Part shown: positions 9,466 through 19,467 of the stretch, piece after piece
Position numbering within the stretch: the first letter of the stretch is position 1
Layout of the letters: every line of letters starts with the position of its first letter
From: Gammaproteobacteria bacterium
GTDB lineage: Bacteria > Pseudomonadota > Gammaproteobacteria > Natronospirales > REEB76
Direction of reading: 5' to 3'
Length of the DNA stretch: 64,000 nt
NCBI GenBank assembly: GCA_036000105.1
Contig: DASYGE010000011.1
Coordinates: forward strand, 9,504-73,503
The notes under the pieces: generated by a model
What the model was told of the DNA's origin: nothing
The model's input: the letters and a program-made list of their open reading frames with translations, nothing else
Databases searched by the model: none
Position numbers and translations under genes: made by a program

Positions 9466-9959
9466 GCGCCCGGTTCCCGGGCCGCCATGATCAGGTCGCA
9501 GACTTCCCGTACCGCCCCCAAGCCGCCCATGGCCTGGGTCACCACATGGGCCTGGGCGCGCACTGCGGGCAGGGCATTGGCCACCGCTACCGCGAGCCCC
9601 GCGGCTTTCAGTAACGGCAGATCCGGCAGGTCGTCACCGACGCAGGCGGCTTCTTCCGGTTTAATACCGAGTTTCTTCAGCAACCGTTCGAAGATGGGCA
9701 GCTTGTCTTCGTCGCCCTGGAACACATGGGCGATGCCGAGATCCTGCATGCGGCGGCTGACAGCCGCGGAGTCGCGGCCCGAGATCACCGCTACCGCCAC
9801 GCCCTGGCGCAGGAGGCGCTTCACGCCCTGGCCGTCATGTACGTGGAAGACCTTGAGTTCCTCGCCGCCCGGGCCGTAGTACAGCCGGCCGTCGGTGAAC
9901 ACGCCGTCCACATCGAACACCACGAGGCGTATGCGTGCGGCCCGTCCCTGGATATCCAT
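9462..9959 (-). CDS. kdsC: 3-deoxy-D-manno-octulosonate 8-phosphate phosphatase KdsC
   Basis: 165 aa. It has the HAD motif I 'FDVDGVFTDG' and abuts the kdsD stop. Confidence 0.93.
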   Translation of the reverse strand: MDIQGRAARIRLVVFDVDGVFTDGRLYYGPGGEELKVFHVHDGQGVKRLLRQGVAVAVISGRDSAAVSRRMQDLGIAHVFQGDEDKLPIFERLLKKLGIKPEEAACVGDDLPDLPLLKAAGLAVAVANALPAVRAQAHVVTQAMGGLGAVREVCDLIMAAREPGA

Positions 9960-10940
9960 CTACACGATGCCCGCGCGCAGGAGATCGTGCATGTTCAGCG
10001 CGCCCAGGAGCCCGCGGTCCTTGCCCACCACCAAGAGGCCGTTGAACTTGCGGCTCTCCATGAGATGCAGGGCTTCGCCGGCGAGTGCCTCGGGGGCGAT
10101 GGTGGTGCAGTTCTTCGTCATCACTTCGTCCACGAGCGCCGTGTGTACGTCCACGCGCTTGTCGAGGGTGCGACGCAGGTCGCCATCGGTGAAGATCCCA
10201 GCCACCCGGCCCTTGGCATCCACGATGGCAGTCATGCCGAGACCCTTGCGGGTCATCTCCATGAGCGCCTGGCTCAAGGTGGTGCCTTCGGCGACCTGCG
10301 GGATGGTCTCGCCCTTGTGCATGATGTCTTCGACGCGCAGCAGCAAACGTCGGCCCAGGCTGCCACCGGGGTGAGAGCGGGCGAAGTCTTCCTGGGTGAA
10401 ACCGCGGGCTTCCAGGAGCGCCACCGCTAGGGCATCGCCCATGGCCAGCGCCGCCGTGGTGCTGGCGGTGGGTGCCAAGTTCAATGGGCAGGCTTCCCGT
10501 ACCACGCTCACGTCCAGATGCACGTCGGCAATCTTGGCCAAGGTCGATTCAGGGTTGCCGGTAAAGGCGAGGAGCTTCACGCCCAGGCGCTTGATGAGCG
10601 GCAGGATGGTGACGAGTTCGGTGGTCTCACCGGAGTTGGACAGGGCGAGTACCAGGTCGTCACCGGTGATCATGCCGAGGTCCCCGTGGCTGGCTTCGCC
10701 CGGGTGCACGAAGAACGCCGGCGTGCCGGTGGAGGCGAGGGTGGCAGCGATCTTGTTGGCTACATGCCCACTCTTACCCATGCCGGTGACTACCACCCGC
10801 CCACGGCAGGCGAGCATCAGGCGGCAGGCGGAGGTGAAGGTGCTGTCGAGGCGCGGGATGAGCGCGCTGATGGCGCTGGCTTCGGTTTCCAGCACTTCGC
10901 GAGCAAGATGGATGAGTTTGGAGTCACCAGTAACTGTCAT
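9960..10940 (-). CDS. kdsD: Arabinose-5-phosphate isomerase KdsD (SIS + tandem CBS)
   Basis: 326 aa. It has a SIS domain ('VTGMGKSGHV') followed by two CBS-like repeats, and heads the kdsD-kdsC-lptC-lptA-lptB order. Confidence 0.94.
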   Translation of the reverse strand: MTVTGDSKLIHLAREVLETEASAISALIPRLDSTFTSACRLMLACRGRVVVTGMGKSGHVANKIAATLASTGTPAFFVHPGEASHGDLGMITGDDLVLALSNSGETTELVTILPLIKRLGVKLLAFTGNPESTLAKIADVHLDVSVVREACPLNLAPTASTTAALAMGDALAVALLEARGFTQEDFARSHPGGSLGRRLLLRVEDIMHKGETIPQVAEGTTLSQALMEMTRKGLGMTAIVDAKGRVAGIFTDGDLRRTLDKRVDVHTALVDEVMTKNCTTIAPEALAGEALHLMESRKFNGLLVVGKDRGLLGALNMHDLLRAGIV

Positions 10941-11199
10941 AGATATTTAGGGGGTATATGGCTGTCAGTGGTTTTCGCCATGATACACGCTTCATTCCTG
11001 CATTCGGGCGAGAGGTGCTTTGAGGATCGGTGGGCATGGGCGCGAAGCGCAGCGTCGCGCGGGCCTGCAGGATGAAGGCCCCAGAAGGCACCCCAGGGAA
11101 GGGTCGGTGCCTCATTCTTGGAGTATCGCGGTTAAAAATAGGGCGCCCGGTTTCGAGTATCATCTCCGTCCACGCCACACGCCAAAGCCGGCCCAAAGC

Positions 11200-11436
11200 T
11201 TGAATCCCGCGGAAGTAAAACGGCTTATCGAACAGGGCATGCCCTCGGCCGAAGTCGAGGTGGCGAGTCCGGACGACACCCATTTCGAAGCACTGGTGGT
11301 CTCGGTCGAATTCGAGGGCAAGCGTGCGCTCGCTCGTCATCAGATGGTCTATGCGGCCTTAGGGCCTGCCATGGGCCGCGAGATACACGCTTTGAGCCTG
11401 CGCACCCTCACGCCGGAGGAACGGCGACGCGGGTGA
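11200..11436 (+). CDS. ibaG: BolA-family protein IbaG (YrbA)
   Basis: About 78 aa from an in-frame TTG. '...DDTHFEALVVSVEFEGKRALARHQMVYAAL...IHALSLRTLTPEE' is a BolA/IbaG pattern, and the gene lies directly upstream of murA as in enterics and pseudomonads. The start codon is uncertain. Confidence 0.75.
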   Translation: MNPAEVKRLIEQGMPSAEVEVASPDDTHFEALVVSVEFEGKRALARHQMVYAALGPAMGREIHALSLRTLTPEERRRG

Positions 11437-11465
11437 TCGGCGCTAGGCGTAACTGCATATAGTGA

Positions 11466-12737
<1,272 letters not shown>

Positions 12738-12747
12738 TTCGTCAGTA

Positions 12748-13875
12748 TTAGCTGCTGATCTGCACGGGGCGTTCCGCCACCGTCACTTTCACCTTGAAGC
12801 TCTTGCCGTTGTGCAGGCCATCCACCGTTATGGTGGTGCCCGGCGCCTTGGCAGCGATGCGGTTGAGCGCATCACGGCTGTTCTCCACTTCATCCCCATC
12901 GATGGACTTGATCACATCTCCCGGCATGAGCCCCGCCTTCGCGGCCGGACTCAGGGGCGAGACGCTCGTCACCAGGAAGCCCGTGGTGTCCTTGAGCTGG
13001 AAAGCTTGGGCCAGTTCGGGCGTGATGTCCTGGGGCTCGACGCCCAGCCAGCCGCGCAGTACCCGTCCGTAATCGATGAGCTGCTGCATCACGCCGTGGG
13101 CGAGGTTCACGGGGATAGCGAAGCCGATGCCGTTGGAGCCGCCGCTGGGGGAGAAGAGGGCGGTGCTGATGCCCACGAGCTGGCCGCGCACGTTGACGAG
13201 GGCGCCGCCGGAGTTGCCGGGATTGATGGCGGCGTCGGTCTGGATGAAATTCTCGAAGGTGGAGAGCCCGAGCTGGCTGCGGCCCAAGGCGCTCACGATG
13301 CCCTGGGTCACGGTCTGGCCCACACCGTACGGATCGCCGATGGCCAGCACCACGTCTCCCACCCGGATGTCGTCAGAGCGGCCGAGTTCGATGGGTTTCA
13401 AGCCCGCGATATCTACTTTCAGCAGAGCGAGGTCTGTGTCCGGGTCCACCCCCACCACCCGCGCCGGCGCGCTGCGCCCGTCCTGCAGGCCCACCTGGAC
13501 CGCTTCGGCGCCGTTGATGACATGGTAATTGGTGAGGATATAGCCATCGGAACTGACGATCACCCCTGACCCCAGGCTGCTCTCCAGCCGGGCCACGGGC
13601 AGGCCATACTGGCCGCCGGGCAGACCCTGTGCCGAGGGCTTGGACGCCGTGGTGCCCTGCAGCTGGCGCACATGGCGGGCGCTGTGCACGTTGACCACAG
13701 AGGACGAACTGGCCAAGACCGCCTGCGAGTAGGAGCCCGCCGCCGGGTCGTTGCCCAGGTCACGGGAGCCCAGGAGGCCTGGTTTCAGCCAGACCACCAC
13801 GAAGGCCGCTGCCAGTCCCACGACCGCGGCCTGAAACAGGAAAAACAGCAATTTGGCAAGGGCTTTCATGTGCAT
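12748..13875 (-). CDS. degS: DegS/AlgW-type membrane-anchored serine endoprotease (trypsin fold + single PDZ)
   Basis: 375 aa. It has an N-terminal TM anchor, a catalytic triad context ('TNYHVI', 'DLALLKV', 'GNSGGALV') and one C-terminal PDZ domain. Confidence 0.8.
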   Translation of the reverse strand: MHMKALAKLLFFLFQAAVVGLAAAFVVVWLKPGLLGSRDLGNDPAAGSYSQAVLASSSSVVNVHSARHVRQLQGTTASKPSAQGLPGGQYGLPVARLESSLGSGVIVSSDGYILTNYHVINGAEAVQVGLQDGRSAPARVVGVDPDTDLALLKVDIAGLKPIELGRSDDIRVGDVVLAIGDPYGVGQTVTQGIVSALGRSQLGLSTFENFIQTDAAINPGNSGGALVNVRGQLVGISTALFSPSGGSNGIGFAIPVNLAHGVMQQLIDYGRVLRGWLGVEPQDITPELAQAFQLKDTTGFLVTSVSPLSPAAKAGLMPGDVIKSIDGDEVENSRDALNRIAAKAPGTTITVDGLHNGKSFKVKVTVAERPVQISS

Positions 13876-14051
13876 ACGCTAGCATGTGGGCCGTGTCCCG
13901 TCAGGCTTCTGCTGGCGAGCCCCGGAAGCCGCTGTGTATAATGCGCCGTTATTTTGTGTGACTTCCGCCTGTTTCTCTCCGATGAGGGCCACCCTATAAG
14001 GTCCCCATGCGGGGGGCGATCCAAATCCAGACCTTCAGGAGATTGGGTGTA

Positions 14052-14645
14052 ATGAGCAGCGAAGAGATCGATGAGAGCCGCCGTCACTTCCTGACGGTAG
14101 CCACAGTGGTTACCGGTGCGGTGGGCGTGGTCATGGCCGCGGTGCCGTTCGTGTCTTCCATGGAGCCGAGTGCTCGCGCCAAGGCGCTGGGCGGCCCTGT
14201 GGAAATCGACGTGAGTAAGATCGAGCCGGGCGCCCAGATCAAGGCCAAGTGGCGCGGCAAGCCCACCTGGGTGGTGCAGCGCGGCCAGCCGGTGATCGCC
14301 GGTCTCGCCAAGCTGGACGGCATCCTGCGCGATCCGGCTTCCAAGGAAGACCAGCAACCTGCCTACTGCAAGAACGAATACCGCTCCATCAAGCCTGAGC
14401 TGTTCGTGGTGGTGGGCATCTGCACCCATCTCGGTTGCTCGCCACTGTATAAGCCCCAGGCCGCCGATCCGACCGTGAGTATGGACTGGCCAGGTGGCTT
14501 CTTCTGCCCCTGCCACGGCTCCAAGTACGACCTGGCCGGGCGCGTGTTCAAGGGTGTGCCGGCGCCGCTCAACCTGCAGGTGCCGCCTTACAAGTACGTC
14601 TCCGACGCGGTCATCCGCGTGGGTGAAGACCAGGGGGCTGCGTGA
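14052..14645 (+). CDS. petA: Ubiquinol-cytochrome c reductase Rieske iron-sulfur subunit
   Basis: It has Rieske boxes 'CTHLGC' and 'CPCHGS' and a Tat-like 'SRRHFL' N-terminus. An AGGAG lies about 12 nt upstream of the ATG at 14052. The ORF track starts at 14007. Confidence 0.93.
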   Translation: MSSEEIDESRRHFLTVATVVTGAVGVVMAAVPFVSSMEPSARAKALGGPVEIDVSKIEPGAQIKAKWRGKPTWVVQRGQPVIAGLAKLDGILRDPASKEDQQPAYCKNEYRSIKPELFVVVGICTHLGCSPLYKPQAADPTVSMDWPGGFFCPCHGSKYDLAGRVFKGVPAPLNLQVPPYKYVSDAVIRVGEDQGAA

Positions 14646-16081
14646 TGGCTAAGGAAACGGAAAAGCGCGACCTGATAGACGTGTTGGGCGGCTGGCTGGG
14701 CGGATTGCGCGACTGGATAGACGAGCGCTTCCCGCTCACCGAGTTCTGGGAGAAGCATGTCTCCCAGTACTACGCGCCCAAGAACTTCAACTTCTGGTAT
14801 TTCTTCGGCTCCATCGCCTTGCTGATGCTGGTGAACCAGATACTCACCGGCATCTTCCTCGCCATGAACTACAAGCCGGATGCGAACGAAGCCTTCGCCT
14901 CGGTCGAGTACATCATGCGCGACGTGAACTGGGGCTGGCTGATCCGCTACATGCATTCCGTGGGCGCCTCCATGTTCTTCGTGGTCGTGTACCTGCACAT
15001 GTTCCGCGGCGTCATGTACGGCTCCTACAAGAAGCCGCGTGAACTGCTGTGGATATTCGGCGTGCTCATCTATGTGACGCTGATGGCTGAGGCTTTCATG
15101 GGTTACCTGCTGCCCTGGGGTCAGATGTCCTACTGGGGCGCGCAGGTGATCATCTCCCTGTTTGGCGCCATCCCGGGCATCGGCGAGGGCTTGGCCCAGT
15201 GGATACGTGGCGATTTCAACATCTCCGACATCACGCTGAACCGCTTCTTCGCCCTGCACGTGGTGGCGGTGCCGCTGGTCCTCATAGGCTTGGTGGTGTT
15301 CCACCTGGTGGCGCTGCACGAAGTGGGTTCTAACAACCCGGACGGCGTGGAGATCAAGAAGAAGAAGGATTCGAACGGCATCCCGCTGGACGGCATCCCC
15401 TTCCATCCGTACTACACCATCAAGGACATCGTCGGCGTGACGGTGTTCTCGGCGGTGTTCGCCGGCATCGTGTTCTTCGCGCCGAGCCTGCACGGCATGT
15501 TCCTGGAGCCGGCCAACTTCGAGCCGGCCAACGCGCTCAAGACCCCGGATGACATCCATCCGCTGTGGTACTTCGGCCCGTTCTACGCCATCCTGCGCTC
15601 CATCCCGGACAAGCTGACCGGCGTGGTCAGCATGGGTGCGGCGATCTTCCTGTTGTTCCTGCTACCCTGGATAGACAAGAACCCGGTGAAGTCGCTGCGC
15701 TACCGCGGCATACTGTACCGGCGCCTGGTGATCGTGTTCGGCCTGACCTTCGGCGTACTGGGCTTCATCGGCATGCAGCTGGCCACGCCGTTCTGGGCCC
15801 AGATCGGTCAGCGTTGCGCCGAGCTCTACTTCCTGTTCTTCCTGGTGTCCTGGCTGTATTCGCGGCCGCGTTCACGGATGTTCATGGTCTGGACCTTCGT
15901 GATCGTCATGGGCCTCATCTCGATACTCGACCTGATCGGTTGGGATCCCAAGGAAGCCACGCTCAAGTTGTATAGCTGGCTGATCCCGGCCATCTATTGC
16001 GCCGTGTTCGTGCTGCTGCCGGCGTTCTTCCCCAAGCTGAACCAGTCGGAAGCGGTGCCGGAAAGGGTGGCGTCCAAATGA
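14642..16081 (+). CDS. petB: Cytochrome b (bc1 complex) with an approximately 68-aa C-terminal extension
   Basis: 479 aa. It has conserved haem-ligand helices and a 'PLWYF' (PEWY-type) Qo motif. It overlaps the petA stop and the petC start. Confidence 0.95.
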   Translation: MMAKETEKRDLIDVLGGWLGGLRDWIDERFPLTEFWEKHVSQYYAPKNFNFWYFFGSIALLMLVNQILTGIFLAMNYKPDANEAFASVEYIMRDVNWGWLIRYMHSVGASMFFVVVYLHMFRGVMYGSYKKPRELLWIFGVLIYVTLMAEAFMGYLLPWGQMSYWGAQVIISLFGAIPGIGEGLAQWIRGDFNISDITLNRFFALHVVAVPLVLIGLVVFHLVALHEVGSNNPDGVEIKKKKDSNGIPLDGIPFHPYYTIKDIVGVTVFSAVFAGIVFFAPSLHGMFLEPANFEPANALKTPDDIHPLWYFGPFYAILRSIPDKLTGVVSMGAAIFLLFLLPWIDKNPVKSLRYRGILYRRLVIVFGLTFGVLGFIGMQLATPFWAQIGQRCAELYFLFFLVSWLYSRPRSRMFMVWTFVIVMGLISILDLIGWDPKEATLKLYSWLIPAIYCAVFVLLPAFFPKLNQSEAVPERVASK

Positions 16082-16821
16082 AAATTAAAACCATCATCTG
16101 CGCGTTGATCCTGGTCCTGTTGCCCGCGTTCGCCTTGGCGGACGAGGTTCCGGGATTGCTCAAGGCCGACGTGAACCTGAACAACACCGCCTCCCTGCAG
16201 CGCGGTGCCAAGTATTTCGTGAACTACTGCATGGGCTGCCATTCGGCCCACTACGTGCGTTACAACCGGGTGGGCGAGGACCTGGGGTTGAACGACGCGC
16301 AGCTGGAGAGCTATCTGATGCCGGCAGGCGCCAAGGTCTCCGACACCATGGATAGCGCCATGCCGGCGGCTGACGCCGAGAAGTGGTTCAATCGCGCACC
16401 GCCGGACCTGTCGCTGGAAGCCCGTAGCCGTGGTTCCGACTGGATTTACAGCTACCTCAAGTCCTTCTACGTGGATCCTCGTTCGGCCACGGGCGCCAAC
16501 AACTTGATGCTGCCGAACGCTGCTATGCCCGACGTGCTCTGGGAGCTGCAGGGTCTGCAGAAGCCGGTGTACAAGACCGTCAAGAGCGAGGACGGCGGCA
16601 GCTACCAGGTGGTGGATCATTTCGAGCAGGTCACCCAGGGCAAACTCAGCCCCGAGCAGTATGACCAGGTGGCCATGGATATCACCAACTTCTTGAGCTA
16701 CATCGCCGAGCCGGTGCAGCTCGAGCGCCGCGACCTGGGTCTCAAGGTCATCGGCTTCCTCATCTTATTCTTCCTGTTCGCGTTCATGCTGAAGCGCGAG
16801 ATCTGGAAAAAAGTCCACTGA
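16078..16821 (+). CDS. petC: Cytochrome c1
   Basis: It has a signal peptide 'MKIKTIICALILVLLPAFALA', the haem motif 'CMGCHS' and a C-terminal TM anchor. ATGA overlaps the petB stop. Confidence 0.93.
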   Translation: MKIKTIICALILVLLPAFALADEVPGLLKADVNLNNTASLQRGAKYFVNYCMGCHSAHYVRYNRVGEDLGLNDAQLESYLMPAGAKVSDTMDSAMPAADAEKWFNRAPPDLSLEARSRGSDWIYSYLKSFYVDPRSATGANNLMLPNAAMPDVLWELQGLQKPVYKTVKSEDGGSYQVVDHFEQVTQGKLSPEQYDQVAMDITNFLSYIAEPVQLERRDLGLKVIGFLILFFLFAFMLKREIWKKVH

Positions 16822-16864
16822 GCACTGCGCGGCGGGAGGCGCCATGCTTCCCGCCGCGCAGTGC
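16822..16864 (+). other. Perfect 16-bp stem-loop between petC and sspA (possible terminator or RNA-stability element)
   Basis: GCACTGCGCGGCGGGA (16822-16837), an 11-nt loop, then TCCCGCCGCGCAGTGC (16849-16864). It starts 1 nt after the petC stop. No T-tract follows. Confidence 0.5.
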
Positions 16865-16889
16865 ACCGGGTTCACCCAAGGCGTGCTAA

Positions 16890-17492
16890 ATGACACTGTA
16901 TTCCAGACCCTCCTGCCCCCATTCCCATCGCGTACGGTTGGTGCTTGCCGAGAAAGGCATCGCCATGGATGTGATCAACATCGAGGGCAACAAACTGCCG
17001 GAGGACCTGCTGGATCTCAACCCCTATAACAGCGTGCCGACGCTGGTGGACCGGGAACTGGTGCTCTACGACCCGCGCATCATCATGGAATACCTGGAAG
17101 AGCGTTTCCCGCACCCGCCGCTGATGCCGGTGGATCCGGTGACCCGTGCACGCTTCCGCCTGGCGCTGTACCGCGTGGAGCGGGACTGGTACACCCTGGT
17201 GGACGAGATCGAACAGTCGCCCACCAAGCCCCATGCCCGTGCGAAGAAGATGCTGCGCGAGAGCCTGCTGGCCTCCTCGGACGCTTTCGCGGTGAAGCCT
17301 TACTTCCTGAGCGACGAATTCTCCCTGGTGGATTGCAGCATCGCCCCTATCCTATGGCGCCTGCAGCGCTACGAGATAGATCTGCCCGCCCAGGCGAAAG
17401 CCCTGCACAAGTATGCGGAGCGGCTGTTCAACCGTCCGGCGTTCAAACTCAGCCTGACCGAAGCCGAACGCGAGATGCGCGACGCGGCCTAA
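16890..17492 (+). CDS. sspA: Stringent starvation protein A (GST-like)
   Basis: 200 aa with a GST fold. 'MTLYSRPSCPHSHRVRLVLAEKG' is SspA-like, and the gene is followed by sspB. Confidence 0.93.
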   Translation: MTLYSRPSCPHSHRVRLVLAEKGIAMDVINIEGNKLPEDLLDLNPYNSVPTLVDRELVLYDPRIIMEYLEERFPHPPLMPVDPVTRARFRLALYRVERDWYTLVDEIEQSPTKPHARAKKMLRESLLASSDAFAVKPYFLSDEFSLVDCSIAPILWRLQRYEIDLPAQAKALHKYAERLFNRPAFKLSLTEAEREMRDAA

Positions 17493-17515
17493 AGGCCTGC
17501 GCGCCGCTCCCGAGA

Positions 17516-17911
17516 ATGCTGCCGAGAAAACCTTATTTCCTGCGTGCCATGCACCAGTGGATCGTGGACAGCGACTCCACGCCTTATCTCGTGGTGGATG
17601 CGAACGTGGCGGGAGTGGAGATACCCCCGGGCTACGCCCAGGACGGCAAGCTGGTGCTGAACGTGAGTTATTCGGCTACCGACGGCCTCGATATAGGTAG
17701 CGAGCACATCGAGTTCAATGCGCGGTTCGGCGGGGTCTCGCGCCACGTGCGGGTGCCTATGGTGGCGGTACTCGCCATCTACGCCCATGAGAGCGGCCAG
17801 GGCATGCTGTTCGATGCCGAGGATGGGGCGGAGAACACGCTGCCGGGGGGCAGCCCCAAGCCTGCAGGGGAGAGCGCCGGCAAGAAGCCGACGCTCAAGG
17901 TCATCAAATAG
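17516..17911 (+). CDS. sspB: ClpXP adaptor SspB (stringent starvation protein B)
   Basis: 131 aa from the ATG at 17516. The N-terminus 'RKPYFLRAMHQWIVDSDSTPYLVVDA' is SspB-like, and the flexible tail ends 'PTLKVIK' (a ClpX-binding-type tail). Confidence 0.9.
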   Translation: MLPRKPYFLRAMHQWIVDSDSTPYLVVDANVAGVEIPPGYAQDGKLVLNVSYSATDGLDIGSEHIEFNARFGGVSRHVRVPMVAVLAIYAHESGQGMLFDAEDGAENTLPGGSPKPAGESAGKKPTLKVIK

Positions 17912-17965
17912 TCGACACTGCGAGATGGAGTTATAGTTGCTCCAGGATGCGCGAGGTTACTGCAC

Positions 17966-18457
17966 ATGCGACCAAGTAACCGCTTGAGCCGCACCGTGCA
18001 CCGTTTCGACAACCTGTCGGCGGGTTTACGCGCCTGGCTCATCACCTATGCTTTCGGCGCCACTGTGCGCTTCGTGCGCACCGCCGGTGTGCGCTTCGAA
18101 GACCTCAGGGAGGAACGGGCCTTGCTGCACCTGCCCAACCGGCGCAAGGTGCAGAACCACATCCACACCGCCCATGCAGCCGCTGTGGCTCTTCTCGGCG
18201 AGACCGCCACCGGTGCGGTCTTCGGCATGAGCGTGCCGGACGACAAGGTCCCGCTCCTGAAGAGCATGCGCATCAACTACGTGAAGCGTTCCAAGGGCGA
18301 CCTGCGTGCGGAGGCTGCTCTCTCCGAGCAGGAGCGGACGCGCATCCTGAACGACGAGAAGGGCGATATAGCGGTGCCGGTTAAGATCACTGATGAGACC
18401 GGTGAGGCTACAGTCGAATGTGAATATGTCTGGGCCTGGCGGCCGAAGAAGAGATGA
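17966..18457 (+). CDS. Hotdog-fold thioesterase-like protein (DUF4442/YiiD C-terminal type)
   Basis: 163 aa. The pattern '...[21 protein letters not shown]...' plus a C-terminal beta-rich segment resembles PaaI/DUF4442 hotdog proteins. ATGA overlaps the next gene. Confidence 0.6.
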   Translation: MRPSNRLSRTVHRFDNLSAGLRAWLITYAFGATVRFVRTAGVRFEDLREERALLHLPNRRKVQNHIHTAHAAAVALLGETATGAVFGMSVPDDKVPLLKSMRINYVKRSKGDLRAEAALSEQERTRILNDEKGDIAVPVKITDETGEATVECEYVWAWRPKKR

Positions 18458-18954
18458 TCGAAGTCGTCCAGGGGGACATTACTCGGCTGGACGTGGATGT
18501 CATCGTCAACGCTGCCAACGAGAGCCTCCTGGGCGGCGGCGGGGTAGATGGTGTTATCCATAGGGCCGCGGGACCGGAACTCCTGGCCGCCTGCTGCAAG
18601 CTGAACCGCTGCCCCACAGGCGAGGCCAAGATCACACCCGGTTTCCGCCTCAAGGCCCGTTGGGTGATCCACACACCCGGCCCCGTATGGCGTGGCGGCG
18701 GCATGGGCGAGCCGCAGTTGCTGGAAAGTTGCTACCGGAATTCTTTCAAGCTCGCCCAAGAGCGGAGCGCCAAATCCATCGCCTTCCCCTGCATCAGTAC
18801 AGGCGTGTACGGCTATCCGAAGGAAGCAGCGGTTCGCATCGCGATACAGGTGATGCGGAAGCATGAGACAGGAGTCGAGCGCATCATCGCCTGCTGTTTC
18901 AGTGTGGACGATGCAGAAATATACCGGCGATCGTTTGAGGCAAGTCAGCCATGA
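18454..18954 (+). CDS. Macro-domain protein (O-acetyl-ADP-ribose deacetylase, YmdB-like)
   Basis: 166 aa. '[36 protein letters not shown]' is the canonical macro-domain ADP-ribose-binding signature. Confidence 0.9.
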   Translation: MIEVVQGDITRLDVDVIVNAANESLLGGGGVDGVIHRAAGPELLAACCKLNRCPTGEAKITPGFRLKARWVIHTPGPVWRGGGMGEPQLLESCYRNSFKLAQERSAKSIAFPCISTGVYGYPKEAAVRIAIQVMRKHETGVERIIACCFSVDDAEIYRRSFEASQP

Positions 18955-19091
18955 ATCCGTGCCCTCTGCCTGGTCAGTGATGGTCAGGTAGATTATGACC
19001 GGATCAGTTCATGACATATTCAGGCTGTCGATACTCATGGGGATTCCCGCTAACATAGCCGACAAGCCTATTGCCGTAGTGGAGCATCGAC

Positions 19092-19424
19092 ATGAAAGCC
19101 ATCAATAGAATTCCCGTCATCTTCATGTGCACCATCCTGTTGATGGCTGCGGTGGGCTGCACTTCCACCGCGACCCGGGAAGGCACCGGCGGTTACATCG
19201 ACGATTCGGTCATCACGACGAACGTGAAAGGATTGCTTCTGAAGACATCCGGCATAGACTCGAACCAGATAACAGTGGAGACCTTCAAGGGGGCGGTGAA
19301 GCTGAGTGGGTTTCTGGATACGCAGGCGATGATCGATCTCGCCGTCGCGACGGCGAAGACCGCTACAGGCGTGCTTTCCGTGACGAATGATTTGACTGTG
19401 AAAGGCCAGCAAGGCCAACAGTGA
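19092..19424 (+). CDS. Single-BON-domain lipoprotein (OsmY/DolP-like)
   Basis: 110 aa. It has the lipobox 'MAAVGC' and the BON pattern 'DDSVITTNVKGLL...ITVETFKGAVKLSGFL'. The local GC is lower than in flanking genes. Confidence 0.8.
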   Translation: MKAINRIPVIFMCTILLMAAVGCTSTATREGTGGYIDDSVITTNVKGLLLKTSGIDSNQITVETFKGAVKLSGFLDTQAMIDLAVATAKTATGVLSVTNDLTVKGQQGQQ

Positions 19425-19467
19425 AGCCCGTCCCTATCTCATCTCGGCTCCGGGACATCTGAGGCAG

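Noticed and set aside
18454-18954. The macro-domain gene as the antitoxin of a DarTG-like toxin-antitoxin or defence pair.
   Set aside because: The protein is a short (166 aa) YmdB-type stand-alone macro domain. Its coupled neighbour is a hotdog-fold protein, not a DarT-like ADP-ribosyltransferase.
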